IMG/VR virus record: IMGVR_UViG_3300045988_156465
Length of the DNA stretch: 64,000 nt
Source: a virus
Strand: one strand, 5' to 3'
Position 1 is the first letter of the stretch; every line of letters begins with the position of its first letter. Below, one piece after another: positions 52,963 through 62,317 of the stretch. A program made the translations under genes and the position numbers. Under the pieces are notes generated by a model. The model did not search any database. It saw nothing but the letters and a program-made list of their open reading frames with translations, and had not been told where the DNA came from.

Positions 52963-53348
52963 AATTAGACTATGAGGTTAATATCAGCACAGCGAAAATC
53001 CTGCGGAGGTATGGTCTGGGCGAGGATAAGGCGGCACAACGCTTTCTGGCGGAGGATGTGGAGCGGAAATGTCAGCCCTATGTGCCGATGTCGGCAGGCA
53101 GTGCCGCCCACATGGTAAACGCCGCAAGAGTGACGGCGGACAGCATCATCTATCCCGGGCCGTATGCGCATTATCAGTATGTCGGCGAGGTGATGGCAGG
53201 GCGTGCCCCTAAGCATTACACCGGACAGCCGCTGACCTATCATGGCGGTGCATTGCGTGGCAAGCAGTGGGATAAGCGGATGATGGCAGACCATGGCAAG
53301 GAAGTCGAGAAGGATTTGGAAGGGTATCTGAAAGGACGGGGCAAATGA
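52959..53348 (+). CDS. Head-tail joining/minor capsid family protein
   Basis: ATGA overlap with the previous gene; synteny. Confidence 0.5.
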   Translation: MKLDYEVNISTAKILRRYGLGEDKAAQRFLAEDVERKCQPYVPMSAGSAAHMVNAARVTADSIIYPGPYAHYQYVGEVMAGRAPKHYTGQPLTYHGGALRGKQWDKRMMADHGKEVEKDLEGYLKGRGK

Positions 53349-53767
53349 AGAACATCATGGAAGAAGTACGGAAGTTTCTGCGTACCTATCCGCCGCTTGC
53401 GGAAGGAAAGCTGCACGTGGATTTTCTGCCGGAGGAGGCACAGAGCTATTCGGTTGAGGCTGTGCCTGCAAAGGAGATTGTGCGTTCCTATGTGGACGGC
53501 TCAACGGTGCGGCAGTTTTTATTTGTGGTGGCAAGCAGAGAATTTTTCGGGGATAAAATCAGACAGCAGCTGGATAACCTCAGCTTTTACGGTGATTTCT
53601 CCGAATGGCTGCGGGAACAGACCATGGCAGGCAAGCTCCCCAATCTGGGCGAGGGCAGGAAGGTCATGCTGATGGAGGCAACCACAAGCGGCTATGCCAT
53701 GTCGGCAGAGGCAAGCATGGCGAGATACCAGATTCAGTGCAGAATGGAATTTTTTCAGACAAGATAA
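53345..53767 (+). CDS. Tail completion/minor capsid family protein
   Basis: ATGA overlap; synteny before the major tail gene. Confidence 0.5.
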   Translation: MKNIMEEVRKFLRTYPPLAEGKLHVDFLPEEAQSYSVEAVPAKEIVRSYVDGSTVRQFLFVVASREFFGDKIRQQLDNLSFYGDFSEWLREQTMAGKLPNLGEGRKVMLMEATTSGYAMSAEASMARYQIQCRMEFFQTR

Positions 53768-53781
53768 GGAGTGAAAACAAT

Positions 53782-54270
53782 ATGGATGCAGTAATGAGAT
53801 ATCAGGTGGCGGATTATCTGAACACGGCAAAAAGCGGAACGGAAAGCTTTGCGCTGATGGGGGTTGGGTTTAATACCTTGGACGAATCCCCCAACGCACA
53901 GAAGGATTCCAAAACATACATCAATCAGAAATCCCAGACCTCTACGATTAAAAGCTATCAGCCTGCGTTTGCGTTTGATTCGGACTTGATTGCGGACGAG
54001 GCGGCAGTGATGGCACTGTATGAAATCGGCAGAAATCAGCTGACGGGCGCGGATGCCGAAAGGGACTATGTGAGAGTGGAGCTGTTCAAGCCTGTGGCGG
54101 AAACACCGAATACCTTTGAAGCGAGAAAATTTAAGGTTGCGGTTGAGGTTTCCTCTATCTCCGGCGAGGGCGGCGGCGTGATGAAGGTAACGGGCAATCT
54201 GAACGGTGTAGGGGATTTCGTGGACGGCACGTTTAACACAGAAACCAAAAAATTTACACCGGCAGAATAA
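53782..54270 (+). CDS. Major tail protein
   Basis: ATG at 53782. 162 aa. Position upstream of the chaperone and tape measure genes. Confidence 0.6.
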   Translation: MDAVMRYQVADYLNTAKSGTESFALMGVGFNTLDESPNAQKDSKTYINQKSQTSTIKSYQPAFAFDSDLIADEAAVMALYEIGRNQLTGADAERDYVRVELFKPVAETPNTFEARKFKVAVEVSSISGEGGGVMKVTGNLNGVGDFVDGTFNTETKKFTPAE

Positions 54271-54291
54271 GGAAAGAAGGAGGAAAAAGAG

Positions 54292-54726
54292 ATGGGAAAA
54301 TTTGAATTTCGCAAGCATGGGATTTTGCTTGATATCGAAGGGGTGCAGGTGACGGTACCCGCTACGGTAGAATATGCAAAAAGGCTGGAGGACGCAGGCG
54401 AGAAAATGAGAGCCTTCGGCGCACAGTTGAAGGAAGAAAAGGATGTCGAAAAGGGGATTGATTTCATGCTTGACATTCTGGATGACCTGCTGGGCGAGGA
54501 TACGATGGATGCCATTACGGCGGAGAGGGATGTGGATATTTATGATTGTCTGGATCTGGTGATGTATATTTCCCAAGAGGTGCAGACCTACCACGCAGAA
54601 CGGGCAAACAGCTACAAGAAGCCTGTCCCCCGAAGCACACAGCCCTCTGCCCCCATGGCACAGGCGGCGGTTGAAAACAGAGCCGCACGCAGAGCCAGAG
54701 AACGCGCGGAAAGAAGAAAGAAATGA
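54292..54726 (+). CDS. Tail assembly chaperone-like protein
   Basis: Position between the major tail and Gp15/TMP genes. Acidic core with a basic C-terminus. Confidence 0.45.
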   Translation: MGKFEFRKHGILLDIEGVQVTVPATVEYAKRLEDAGEKMRAFGAQLKEEKDVEKGIDFMLDILDDLLGEDTMDAITAERDVDIYDCLDLVMYISQEVQTYHAERANSYKKPVPRSTQPSAPMAQAAVENRAARRARERAERRKK

Positions 54727-55343
54727 AAGAACTGCTGACAGGAAATTTGCCTGACTCTTTTTTGATTGGCGGCAGGGAATATCACATCTCCTCTGATTTT
54801 CGGGCAATGCTGAGATTGGAGGAGATTTTTTCCGCCGAGGAGCTGACGGATGAGGAAAAGGCGGAACGGGCGTTGAAGCTGTTTTATGGCTGCATCCCCG
54901 AACCGCTGGAGGAGGCGGTAGATCGGCTGTGCTATTTCTGGGGCTGCGGCAGGCAGGAGAAAAAGAGACACGAGAAAGCCGCAGGAGCGGATTTTTACCA
55001 ACCGCCGATTTATTCCTTTACCCATGACGCAGGGCTGATTTATGGGGCGTTTCTGACGCAGTACGGCATTGATTTAAGCCGAAAAAGCCTGCATTGGTGG
55101 CAGTTTATGGCACTGTTTGAGGCTTTGGAGGAGGACAGGGTGCTGAAAGAGGTCATGCGGTGCAGAGCGGTGGAAATCAAGGGGGATATGCCGCAGGCGC
55201 AGAAGGATTACTATAACGCCATGAAACGCAGATATGCCCTGCCTCTGCCTGAGCAGGAGAAAAGACAGCAGTCTGCCCTTGTCGCGGCACTGATGGGGGA
55301 TGGCAAGGTGGATGAGGTGATGGCGTGCATGAAGAAAAAGTAA
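54723..55343 (+). CDS. Bacteriophage Gp15-family protein
   Basis: FLIGGREYHISSDFRAML...SFTHDAGLIYGAFLTQYGIDLSRKSLHWWQFMALFEAL matches the Gp15 family pattern. Confidence 0.7.
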   Translation: MKELLTGNLPDSFLIGGREYHISSDFRAMLRLEEIFSAEELTDEEKAERALKLFYGCIPEPLEEAVDRLCYFWGCGRQEKKRHEKAAGADFYQPPIYSFTHDAGLIYGAFLTQYGIDLSRKSLHWWQFMALFEALEEDRVLKEVMRCRAVEIKGDMPQAQKDYYNAMKRRYALPLPEQEKRQQSALVAALMGDGKVDEVMACMKKK

Positions 55344-55480
55344 AATGCCCCTACTGCGGCTATGAAATGCCTGTTACATACAGTAAGGATGCTGTGTGCA
55401 AGGGGCTTTTTTTACGCTGTAAGGGGCGAAGGTGCAAAAGAATATTTGAAATTGAGATAAACGTGAAAAACATCAAGTAG
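55325..55480 (+). CDS. 51-aa zinc-ribbon protein (Cys-rich KTR-like)
   Basis: GTG after GAGGTGA. VKCPYCGYEMPVTYSKDAVCKGLFLRCKGRRCKRIFEIEI. Below the track cutoff. Confidence 0.4.
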   Translation: MHEEKVKCPYCGYEMPVTYSKDAVCKGLFLRCKGRRCKRIFEIEINVKNIK

Positions 55481-55494
55481 AGCCTGAGCTGCCG

Positions 55495-58419
55495 ATGATG
55501 TTCCCTACGGAGGTGGGACTATTGGCAGAAGACGGCTCTGTTGTAATTAAAATCAAGGGCGATGACAGCCCATTTCAAAAGGTACTGGGAAAAATCGGCA
55601 GTGCGGTAAATACGGCTGTAAAGGCGAGTGCTGCGGCAGTCGGTGCGGCATCTGCAGGCGTTGCGGCTCTGGGGACTGCGTGCATCAATGCCTATGCGGA
55701 CTATGAACAGCTGGTCGGCGGCGTGGAAACGCTGTTCAAGGACAGCGCGGACACGATTCAGACCTATGCGGATAATGCGTATAAAACCGCGGGTCTGTCC
55801 GCAAATGAATATATGGAAACCGTTACGAGCTTTTCGGCAAGCCTGCTGCAAAGTCTGGATGGTGATACGGAAAAGGCGGCTGCGGCGGCAGACCTTGCCA
55901 TTACGGATATGGCGGATAACGCCAATAAGATGGGTACTGCAATGGAATCCATCCAGAACGCCTATCAGGGCTTTGCCAAGCAGAACTATACCATGCTCGA
56001 TAACCTCAAGCTCGGCTATGGCGGCACGAAAGAGGAAATGCAGCGCTTGCTTGCGGATGCGGAAAAGCTCAGCGGTGTGAAATATGACCTTTCTTCCTAT
56101 GCCGACATTGTAGAGGCAATCCATGTGATTCAGACGGAAATGGGCATCACAGGCACAACGGCGAAGGAGGCAAGCACCACCATTCAAGGCAGTGTTGCCA
56201 GCATGAAAGCCGCATGGGCGAACCTGATGGTCGGCATGGCGGATGATACGCAGGATTTCGATTTGCTGTTAAGCAATTTCATTGAAAGCATCGGCACGGT
56301 GGCGGATAACCTTCTGCCCCGTATCGGCATTGTGATTGAAGGCATGGGAAAACTCGTTGCAGGCTTAGCACCGGAGATTGCATCTGCATTGCCGACATTG
56401 ACGAATGAACTGCTGCCGAATCTGGTGGAATTGGGGGTGCAGTCCATCAGCGCACTGGTGCAGGGCATACAGGAGAACGGAGACAGCCTTGCGGCAGGGG
56501 CATTATCCATTGTGGGTACACTTGCGGAGGGCATTGCGGAGCTGCTTCCGATGGTTGCGGATACGACGGCAAGCCTTGTGGTTTCTCTGGCAGATGGGCT
56601 GACGGAAAGCCTGCCCGATATCATCCCTATTGCAATTGAAACGATTTCGACACTGGTAGAAAATCTGACGGAAAACGCCAATACCATCATCGATGCAGGA
56701 ATTCAGATTATCCTTGCATTGGGCGAGGGGCTGATTGCTGCCCTTCCGCAGCTGATTGAAACCGTACCGCAGATTGTCATCAATATTGCGAATGTTATCA
56801 ATGACAATGCGCCCAAGCTGGTGGATACAGCACTGTATCTCATCACAAGGCTTGCGGTGGGTCTGGTGCAGGCAATTCCTACACTGGTTGCCAATATCCC
56901 GAAAATCATTGAAGCAATCGTGGCTGCGTTCATGGCGTTCCAGTGGCTGAATCTGGGGAAACAGCTGATTGACGGGGTTGCAAACGGCGTGAAAAAAGCC
57001 GGAGAATCCATGGCAACGGCGGCGAAGAACGCCTTCTCCAAGTTTAAATCCAAGATTACGGGCAGTGAGGTCGCAACCGAGCTGAAGAACATCGGGAAGT
57101 ACATCATTGACGGCATTGTCGGCGGCATCAAAAACAGCCTGTCAAAGATTGCAAATATTGCCGGAAAGATAAAGGACACTCTGCTTTCCAAGCTGAAGGG
57201 ACTGTTTCGGATTGCATCCCCTTCCAAGCTGATGAAGGAGGAGGTCGGCGCATATATCGGCGAGGGTATCGCTGTCGGTATCGAGGAAAGCGGACAGATG
57301 GCGGTGGATGCCGCGGAGGATGTGGCGGATAAGATTGCAGATACGCTGACACAGAAACGTGACAGCCTGCAAAGCAAGCTTGCCGATTACGGAGAGTTAT
57401 TCGAGCGTGTGAAAACGGAGGACGGCAAGGAGCTGTTCCAGTTGGGCAACCTCAAGGATGACATCAAGCAGTTGGAAAAATACGGGGATGCCATCGACAA
57501 GCTGAAAGAAAAAGGCATTTCTGACAGCCTGATGAGCGAGATTGCCGGCATGGGTGTCGGGGATGCACTTGATTACATGAACAAGCTGCTTTCCATGTCT
57601 GACACGAAACTGGATGAGTATGTTTCTCTGTTTGAGCAGAAGCAACAGATGGCGCAGGGCGTTGCGGAAAAATTCTACAAGGGCGAATTTGATGCCATGG
57701 AGAAAGCCTACACCGGACAGCTGCCGGAGTTTCTGGCAGGCGTGAAAACTGAGCTTTCCAACGTAGGCACAGCGGTATCCGAAAGTATGCAGGCAGTCAG
57801 CGCGGAGGGTGTTTCCGAAGGGATTGCGGAGCAGCAGCCCCTTGTTGCAGAGCAGGCAAAGCAGCTGACTGAAACAGCGAAGGAAGAAATCGCAGGCTAC
57901 CAGACGGATTTTAAAGCCGTTGGGGAAAGCCTGATGGAAGGCGTTGCAAAGGGCGTGCGTGATGGGCAAAGCGGCGTTGTTAATGCAGTTGCAAAGGCAT
58001 TACAGGCGGCGGTGCGTGCGGCGAAAAAGGAAATGGACATCAACAGTCCTTCTCGTGTGATGGCGAAAATCGGCGATTACATGGCGCAGGGTGTCGGCGT
58101 AGGTTGGTCTGACCGCATGGACAGTGTTTCGGATACCATCAGCGGCAGCCTGTCCGATGGGTTCAGCCGCAGAATGTCCGATGCGTATGAGAAAATGCGT
58201 GCCGCTATGAACCAGAACATGGTGCGCCTGCGTGGGGATATTGCCGTTCAGCGCGGTGGAGATACGTCCTATATCACAAAGACGGTCAATCATACAGAAG
58301 GAAATACGGTGCTGCAGATTGAGCATTTCCATAATGACAGCAAGGAGGCAGTGCCGAGTCTGATGCAGGAGATGGAATTTTCCCGCAGACGCAGAGCCAT
58401 GGCAAAGGGAGGTGCATAA
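55495..58419 (+). CDS. Tail tape measure protein
   Basis: 974 aa, A/G/L-rich helical protein with hydrophobic central repeats. Position before Dit. Confidence 0.8.
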   Translation: MMFPTEVGLLAEDGSVVIKIKGDDSPFQKVLGKIGSAVNTAVKASAAAVGAASAGVAALGTACINAYADYEQLVGGVETLFKDSADTIQTYADNAYKTAGLSANEYMETVTSFSASLLQSLDGDTEKAAAAADLAITDMADNANKMGTAMESIQNAYQGFAKQNYTMLDNLKLGYGGTKEEMQRLLADAEKLSGVKYDLSSYADIVEAIHVIQTEMGITGTTAKEASTTIQGSVASMKAAWANLMVGMADDTQDFDLLLSNFIESIGTVADNLLPRIGIVIEGMGKLVAGLAPEIASALPTLTNELLPNLVELGVQSISALVQGIQENGDSLAAGALSIVGTLAEGIAELLPMVADTTASLVVSLADGLTESLPDIIPIAIETISTLVENLTENANTIIDAGIQIILALGEGLIAALPQLIETVPQIVINIANVINDNAPKLVDTALYLITRLAVGLVQAIPTLVANIPKIIEAIVAAFMAFQWLNLGKQLIDGVANGVKKAGESMATAAKNAFSKFKSKITGSEVATELKNIGKYIIDGIVGGIKNSLSKIANIAGKIKDTLLSKLKGLFRIASPSKLMKEEVGAYIGEGIAVGIEESGQMAVDAAEDVADKIADTLTQKRDSLQSKLADYGELFERVKTEDGKELFQLGNLKDDIKQLEKYGDAIDKLKEKGISDSLMSEIAGMGVGDALDYMNKLLSMSDTKLDEYVSLFEQKQQMAQGVAEKFYKGEFDAMEKAYTGQLPEFLAGVKTELSNVGTAVSESMQAVSAEGVSEGIAEQQPLVAEQAKQLTETAKEEIAGYQTDFKAVGESLMEGVAKGVRDGQSGVVNAVAKALQAAVRAAKKEMDINSPSRVMAKIGDYMAQGVGVGWSDRMDSVSDTISGSLSDGFSRRMSDAYEKMRAAMNQNMVRLRGDIAVQRGGDTSYITKTVNHTEGNTVLQIEHFHNDSKEAVPSLMQEMEFSRRRRAMAKGGA

Positions 58420-59109
58420 ATGGGTTGGTTTCATTTTAAAGGAAAGGATAGCCGAGACTTCGGGATTCTGATTTCCGCCGCGCCCGAAAAGGTGAGAGCA
58501 GAACGGCGTGTGGAGCAGGTTACCATCCCCGGCAGAAGCGGGGAGCTGACAATGGACGAAGGGACGTATGCGCCGTATGTGCTTTCGGTGGAGTGCAGCA
58601 CCAGAGGAAGTGAAAATCTGGATGAAATACTGGCGTGGTTGGACGGTGCAGGGGAGCTGATTCTCTGCACCGAGCCGGATAAGGTCTTTCGGGCATCCAT
58701 CTATAACAAGATTTCTGTTGCGGATATGATTTATCTCTATAACAGCTTTCTGCTGCAGTTTCGGGTGCAGCCCTTCAAGTACAGCGTCAATGCCGCAGGG
58801 GATGCTTTGGAGCTGACCGCTCCGACCACCATCCGCAACAGTGGTACGGCATACAGCGAGCCTTTGATTACGGTTTACGGCAGTGGGAATATTACGCTGA
58901 GCATCAACGGCAATTCCTACCCTTTGCGGAATGTGCAGGAAAGCATTACCATTGACAGTGAAATGATGGAGGTATTTAAGGGGAACACCAACCAAAACGG
59001 CAAATACGGCGGTGTGGAGTTTCCGAGATTTGAGGTCGGGAAAAACGAAATCAGTTGGACGGGGAATGTCAGCAAAATAAAAATACAGCCCCGTTGGAGA
59101 TGGCTGTAG
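58420..59109 (+). CDS. Distal tail protein (Dit)
   Basis: MGWFHFKGKDSRDFGILISAAPEKVRAERRVEQVTIPGRSGEL is the typical siphovirus tail-component N-terminus. Lies directly after the TMP. Confidence 0.7.
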   Translation: MGWFHFKGKDSRDFGILISAAPEKVRAERRVEQVTIPGRSGELTMDEGTYAPYVLSVECSTRGSENLDEILAWLDGAGELILCTEPDKVFRASIYNKISVADMIYLYNSFLLQFRVQPFKYSVNAAGDALELTAPTTIRNSGTAYSEPLITVYGSGNITLSINGNSYPLRNVQESITIDSEMMEVFKGNTNQNGKYGGVEFPRFEVGKNEISWTGNVSKIKIQPRWRWL

Positions 59110-59194
59110 TTGTCGAAAAATGAAATGTATGGTATGCTGTAAGCGAGGATTATCGCTTGGCGGTTCAGTCACTCTCTGAAAAGGGGGTGATGCT

Positions 59195-59278
59195 ATGAAT
59201 TGTGTTACATATTCGGATTTATTTCAATTCGGTATGCTCATCGTAGCTATTATCGCCCTGTGTAAAAACAGGGGATAA
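59195..59278 (+). CDS. 27-aa Hol-Tox-like hydrophobic peptide (candidate type I toxin)
   Basis: MNCVTYSDLFQFGMLIVAIIALCKNRG. Own promoter TTGTCG, 17 nt, TGgTATGCT (59110-59138). The SD is sequestered in a hairpin (59169-59190). Confidence 0.55.
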   Translation: MNCVTYSDLFQFGMLIVAIIALCKNRG

Positions 59279-59366
59279 ATAAAAATTGACCGCCTAACAG
59301 AAGTTAGACGGTCTTTCCAAAACCATTCGGACTGACCGCCCTTCCAAAAGCGGTAATCCTTTTCTT
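59275..59366 (-). ncRNA. Candidate convergent antitoxin sRNA
   Basis: Minus-strand TTGACA (59401..59396), 17 nt, TATCAT (59378..59373). Ends at the shared hairpin 59313..59288, followed by a U-rich tract. Confidence 0.4.
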
Positions 59367-59467
59367 ATATTTATGATAACAAAAGAAAGATATTCTGTCA
59401 AGAAAGGCGCATCTGAAAATAAAACGGATGTGCTTTTTTAATGCGATTTTTGGAAAGGAGTGGGAAA

Positions 59468-60715
59468 ATGGCAAAAACGTATAATCGTCTGGAAATTGAT
59501 GTGAACAAAAAGCCGAACAGCATCGGGATTCGCCCTGTGCAGAACGATACAAAATCCAGATATTTGGACGTGTGCCTGTATGAAAACGGTGTGGCAATCA
59601 ATCTGACAGGCGAGCAGGTGCGTATCACATTCAGAAAAGCGGACGGCGGCACATTTTTTAATCAGGGGGAAGTGACAGATGCGACTGCGGGCAGATGCCA
59701 ATTTGCCCTGACGAATGAAATTCTTTCGGAGGCAAAGGCAGTCGAGGCACAGATTTCCGTTTGGAATGCAGGCGGTCAGATTTTGTCTACGCAGGTGTTT
59801 GAAATCTATGTGACGGCGGCAATTCCTTGGACGGATGCGGTAGAAAGCGAAAACGAATACGGCGTTTTGGTGGTGCTGTTTCAGGAAATTCAAAACGCAC
59901 TGGATACCATGCACAAGATTGCCGCAGCATTCGGCGAGCCTGGGGACAAGGCGGCAGAGTACGGCGTGGATACATTCTGGGGGATTTTGGAAATGCTTGC
60001 ACAGCGTGGGGATGTGGAGAGTGCGCTGGAGAAAAAGATTAAAGCCTATTTGAATAGTACGATTGGGACAAGTGGGTTTCAGTCGTTGGATAAAATGCTC
60101 CCCGCAAAGAGTGGTACGCAGACCTTTACCGAAAATGGCACGTTTACCGTTCCCGATGGCGTAACGAAAATTTGGATTACTGCCTGTGCAGGTGGGCAGG
60201 GAGGCACCAGATATAGTGATAGTGGTTCTTATTATTACGGCGGAAAAGGAGGCGATGGTGGCGAGTGCATCATAAGGGAGCCGTATTCTGTTTCAGCAGG
60301 ACAAACAATAAGCATTACTGTTGGCAACGGTGGTAGTGCAGGTTCAAATGGCACACCTACAATTATCGGAAACCTCGTTACACTCCGAGGTGGAGGTACT
60401 ACAACAGGGCTTGTTGGTGCTGGTGTTGGTGGTATAGGAGGATTCTATTACAGAGAATCCTCCAGTAATCGTGGGGCTGAATATGGACTAGATGGAGTTA
60501 GAGGTAATGGAGGTACAGTAGCGGATAGATCGGTAAGAAGTTCCCCAAATGGTGGCGGCGGCGGCGGTTCTTATGGCTGCGGAGGAAATGGTGCTGATTC
60601 TTCAAAGGGGGCATCTCAATTTCCGCCAGGTTATGGTGGTGGCGGTGGCGGCGGTAGTTATAATTATACTGGTGCATCTGCTGGCGGCGATGGCATTGTC
60701 ATCATCGAATGGTAA
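59468..60715 (+). CDS. BppU-N-like baseplate/fiber protein with a glycine-rich C-terminal domain
   Basis: MAKTYNRLEIDVNKKPNSIGIRPVQNDTKSRYLDVCLYENGVAINLTGEQVRITFRKADG (BppU_N pattern). The C-terminus is rich in GGxGG runs. Confidence 0.6.
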   Translation: MAKTYNRLEIDVNKKPNSIGIRPVQNDTKSRYLDVCLYENGVAINLTGEQVRITFRKADGGTFFNQGEVTDATAGRCQFALTNEILSEAKAVEAQISVWNAGGQILSTQVFEIYVTAAIPWTDAVESENEYGVLVVLFQEIQNALDTMHKIAAAFGEPGDKAAEYGVDTFWGILEMLAQRGDVESALEKKIKAYLNSTIGTSGFQSLDKMLPAKSGTQTFTENGTFTVPDGVTKIWITACAGGQGGTRYSDSGSYYYGGKGGDGGECIIREPYSVSAGQTISITVGNGGSAGSNGTPTIIGNLVTLRGGGTTTGLVGAGVGGIGGFYYRESSSNRGAEYGLDGVRGNGGTVADRSVRSSPNGGGGGGSYGCGGNGADSSKGASQFPPGYGGGGGGGSYNYTGASAGGDGIVIIEW

Positions 60716-60727
60716 GGAGGTGAAAAA

Positions 60728-61021
60728 ATGAAAAACTATGCAATGATTTTACAAAACAGAGTGATTGACGTTCTGAAAGACAGGGAAACAGAACCCTACT
60801 ATCCACCTGACCCATCGGGCAATCCTGTGACTGCTATTCCTTGTGACGATACCGTTACGCTTGGCATGATTTATGATTCTGAAATAGGTACGTTTTCGGA
60901 ATACACACCACCCGAACCCGAGCCCACACCAGAACCGCCCCTATCCGAAACCGAACAGGCAATTTTAGAAACTGCAATCAATGTAGACTATTTGGTCTGC
61001 ATGAAGGAATTAGAGATTTGA
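60728..61021 (+). CDS. XkdW-position hypothetical protein
   Basis: 97-aa ORF between the fiber and an XkdX-like gene. PEPEPTPEPP linker. Confidence 0.45.
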   Translation: MKNYAMILQNRVIDVLKDRETEPYYPPDPSGNPVTAIPCDDTVTLGMIYDSEIGTFSEYTPPEPEPTPEPPLSETEQAILETAINVDYLVCMKELEI

Positions 61022-61035
61022 AAGGAGTAGATATT

Positions 61036-61176
61036 ATGACATACGCAAGACTGAAAAAGCTGATTGAAAGAGGGGCTTACAACAAGGAGGACATGTTGAA
61101 TAAAATGGACGTATTCCTCATGGCGAACAGAATCACAGAGGAGCAGTATCAGGAATTGGTCGGCATGATGGGGTGA
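61036..61176 (+). CDS. XkdX-like small protein
   Basis: 46 aa. ...ANRITEEQYQELVG resembles the XkdX family C-terminus. Below the track cutoff. Confidence 0.5.
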   Translation: MTYARLKKLIERGAYNKEDMLNKMDVFLMANRITEEQYQELVGMMG

Positions 61177-61180
61177 TGTT

Positions 61181-62317
61181 ATGATTACCATTCACGAAAA
61201 AACGGCAAAGACATTTGACACAATCGGGCTGGGGACATTGGTTCCCGGCTCTTGTATTGTGACGGAGGAATTAAACGGGGCGTATGAGCTGGAGATGAAA
61301 CACCCATACGATGAGGGCGGCAAGTGGAAACGCATTGAGCGTGGGCGAATTCTCTACGCATCCACGCCCAGAGGAAAACAGCCGTTCCGCATTTATTACG
61401 TCAAGCCGAGCATGAAGGAAATTTCGGTCAACGCAAGGCATATTTTTTATGATTTACTGGACAACCAGTGCGAACCAATCAGCCACAGCGGTACGGCAGG
61501 AGCGGCACTGGCGGCATTACAGGCGGCGTTTGCCTATCCCATGCCCTTTTCCTTTGATACGGATATTTCGCTGACAGGGACGCTCACAACAGGGCGTATG
61601 AATCCCGTACAGGCGTTGTTATCGGATGATGACGAAGCAACCTCGTTTGTCAAGGGCTACGGCGGCGAGCTGCTGCGGGATGGCTTTCGGGTGTCCGTCA
61701 AGGCAGCTCTGGGGCAGGACAGGGGCGTTTCCATCCGCTACGGGAAAAACCTTGTCGGGCTTGAGGTCACAGAGGATGAATCCAACGTAAAAACACGCAT
61801 TGTCTGCTACGGCAAGAACGGCAGTGTAACGCTTGACAGTCCCCATATGGGCGATTATATCTACCCGAAGATTTACACCCTAGAGGATGAAAATAAGACG
61901 CTCTCCGAGGTGCAGGAGGAGGCACAGGCGTTGCTTGATGGCGGCTGTGATATTCCAAGCATCAATATCAAGGTGGATTTTGTGGCACTGGAAAAGACGG
62001 TGGAGTATCGGGAGTATGCCGTTCTGGAGGAAGTCTTTTTGGGGGATATGGTAACGGTTATCAATACGAGGATGGACTTTCGGAAGCAGGCGAAGGTTAT
62101 TTCCTACGAATGGGATTGCCTTCTGGAGCAGTACGACGAGGTGGAGCTGGGGGATTTCATCCCCACGCTTGCGGCATCCGTTACCAGTGGCGTGAAAAGC
62201 GGTTCGCTTGCGTCCTCTGCGTACATCAATGCCGCCTCAGTTATGACACTGCTCCAACAGCACTTGAATGATTTTAACAATCCGCACCATGTCACAGCGG
62301 CACAGGTGCAGAGTTGA
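61181..62317 (+). CDS. Tail-associated (Tal/prophage endopeptidase tail N-terminal type) protein
   Basis: MITIHEKTAKTFDTIGLGTLVPGSCIVTEELNGAYELEMKHPYD... is the typical Tal N-terminal pattern. Confidence 0.6.
   Translation: MITIHEKTAKTFDTIGLGTLVPGSCIVTEELNGAYELEMKHPYDEGGKWKRIERGRILYASTPRGKQPFRIYYVKPSMKEISVNARHIFYDLLDNQCEPISHSGTAGAALAALQAAFAYPMPFSFDTDISLTGTLTTGRMNPVQALLSDDDEATSFVKGYGGELLRDGFRVSVKAALGQDRGVSIRYGKNLVGLEVTEDESNVKTRIVCYGKNGSVTLDSPHMGDYIYPKIYTLEDENKTLSEVQEEAQALLDGGCDIPSINIKVDFVALEKTVEYREYAVLEEVFLGDMVTVINTRMDFRKQAKVISYEWDCLLEQYDEVELGDFIPTLAASVTSGVKSGSLASSAYINAASVMTLLQQHLNDFNNPHHVTAAQVQS

Noticed and set aside
54680-54730. Programmed -1 frameshift joining the tail chaperone to the next ORF (G/GT-type)
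   Set aside because: The downstream ORF has its own ATG in an ATGA overlap and matches the independent Gp15 family. No convincing X XXY YYZ slippery heptamer was seen in the overlap.
47782-59172. Several long minus-strand ORFs (47782..48909, 51143..52165, 53755..54807, 58000..59172) in the late region
   Set aside because: Each is antisense to a recognisable structural gene (MuF, capsid, tail/chaperone, TMP/Dit). Their compositions are low-complexity R/C/H/P-rich, and they lack ribosome-binding sites.
59468-60715. Diversity-generating retroelement targeting the glycine-rich fiber tip
   Set aside because: No reverse transcriptase and no template repeat copy of the 3' region exist anywhere in the window.
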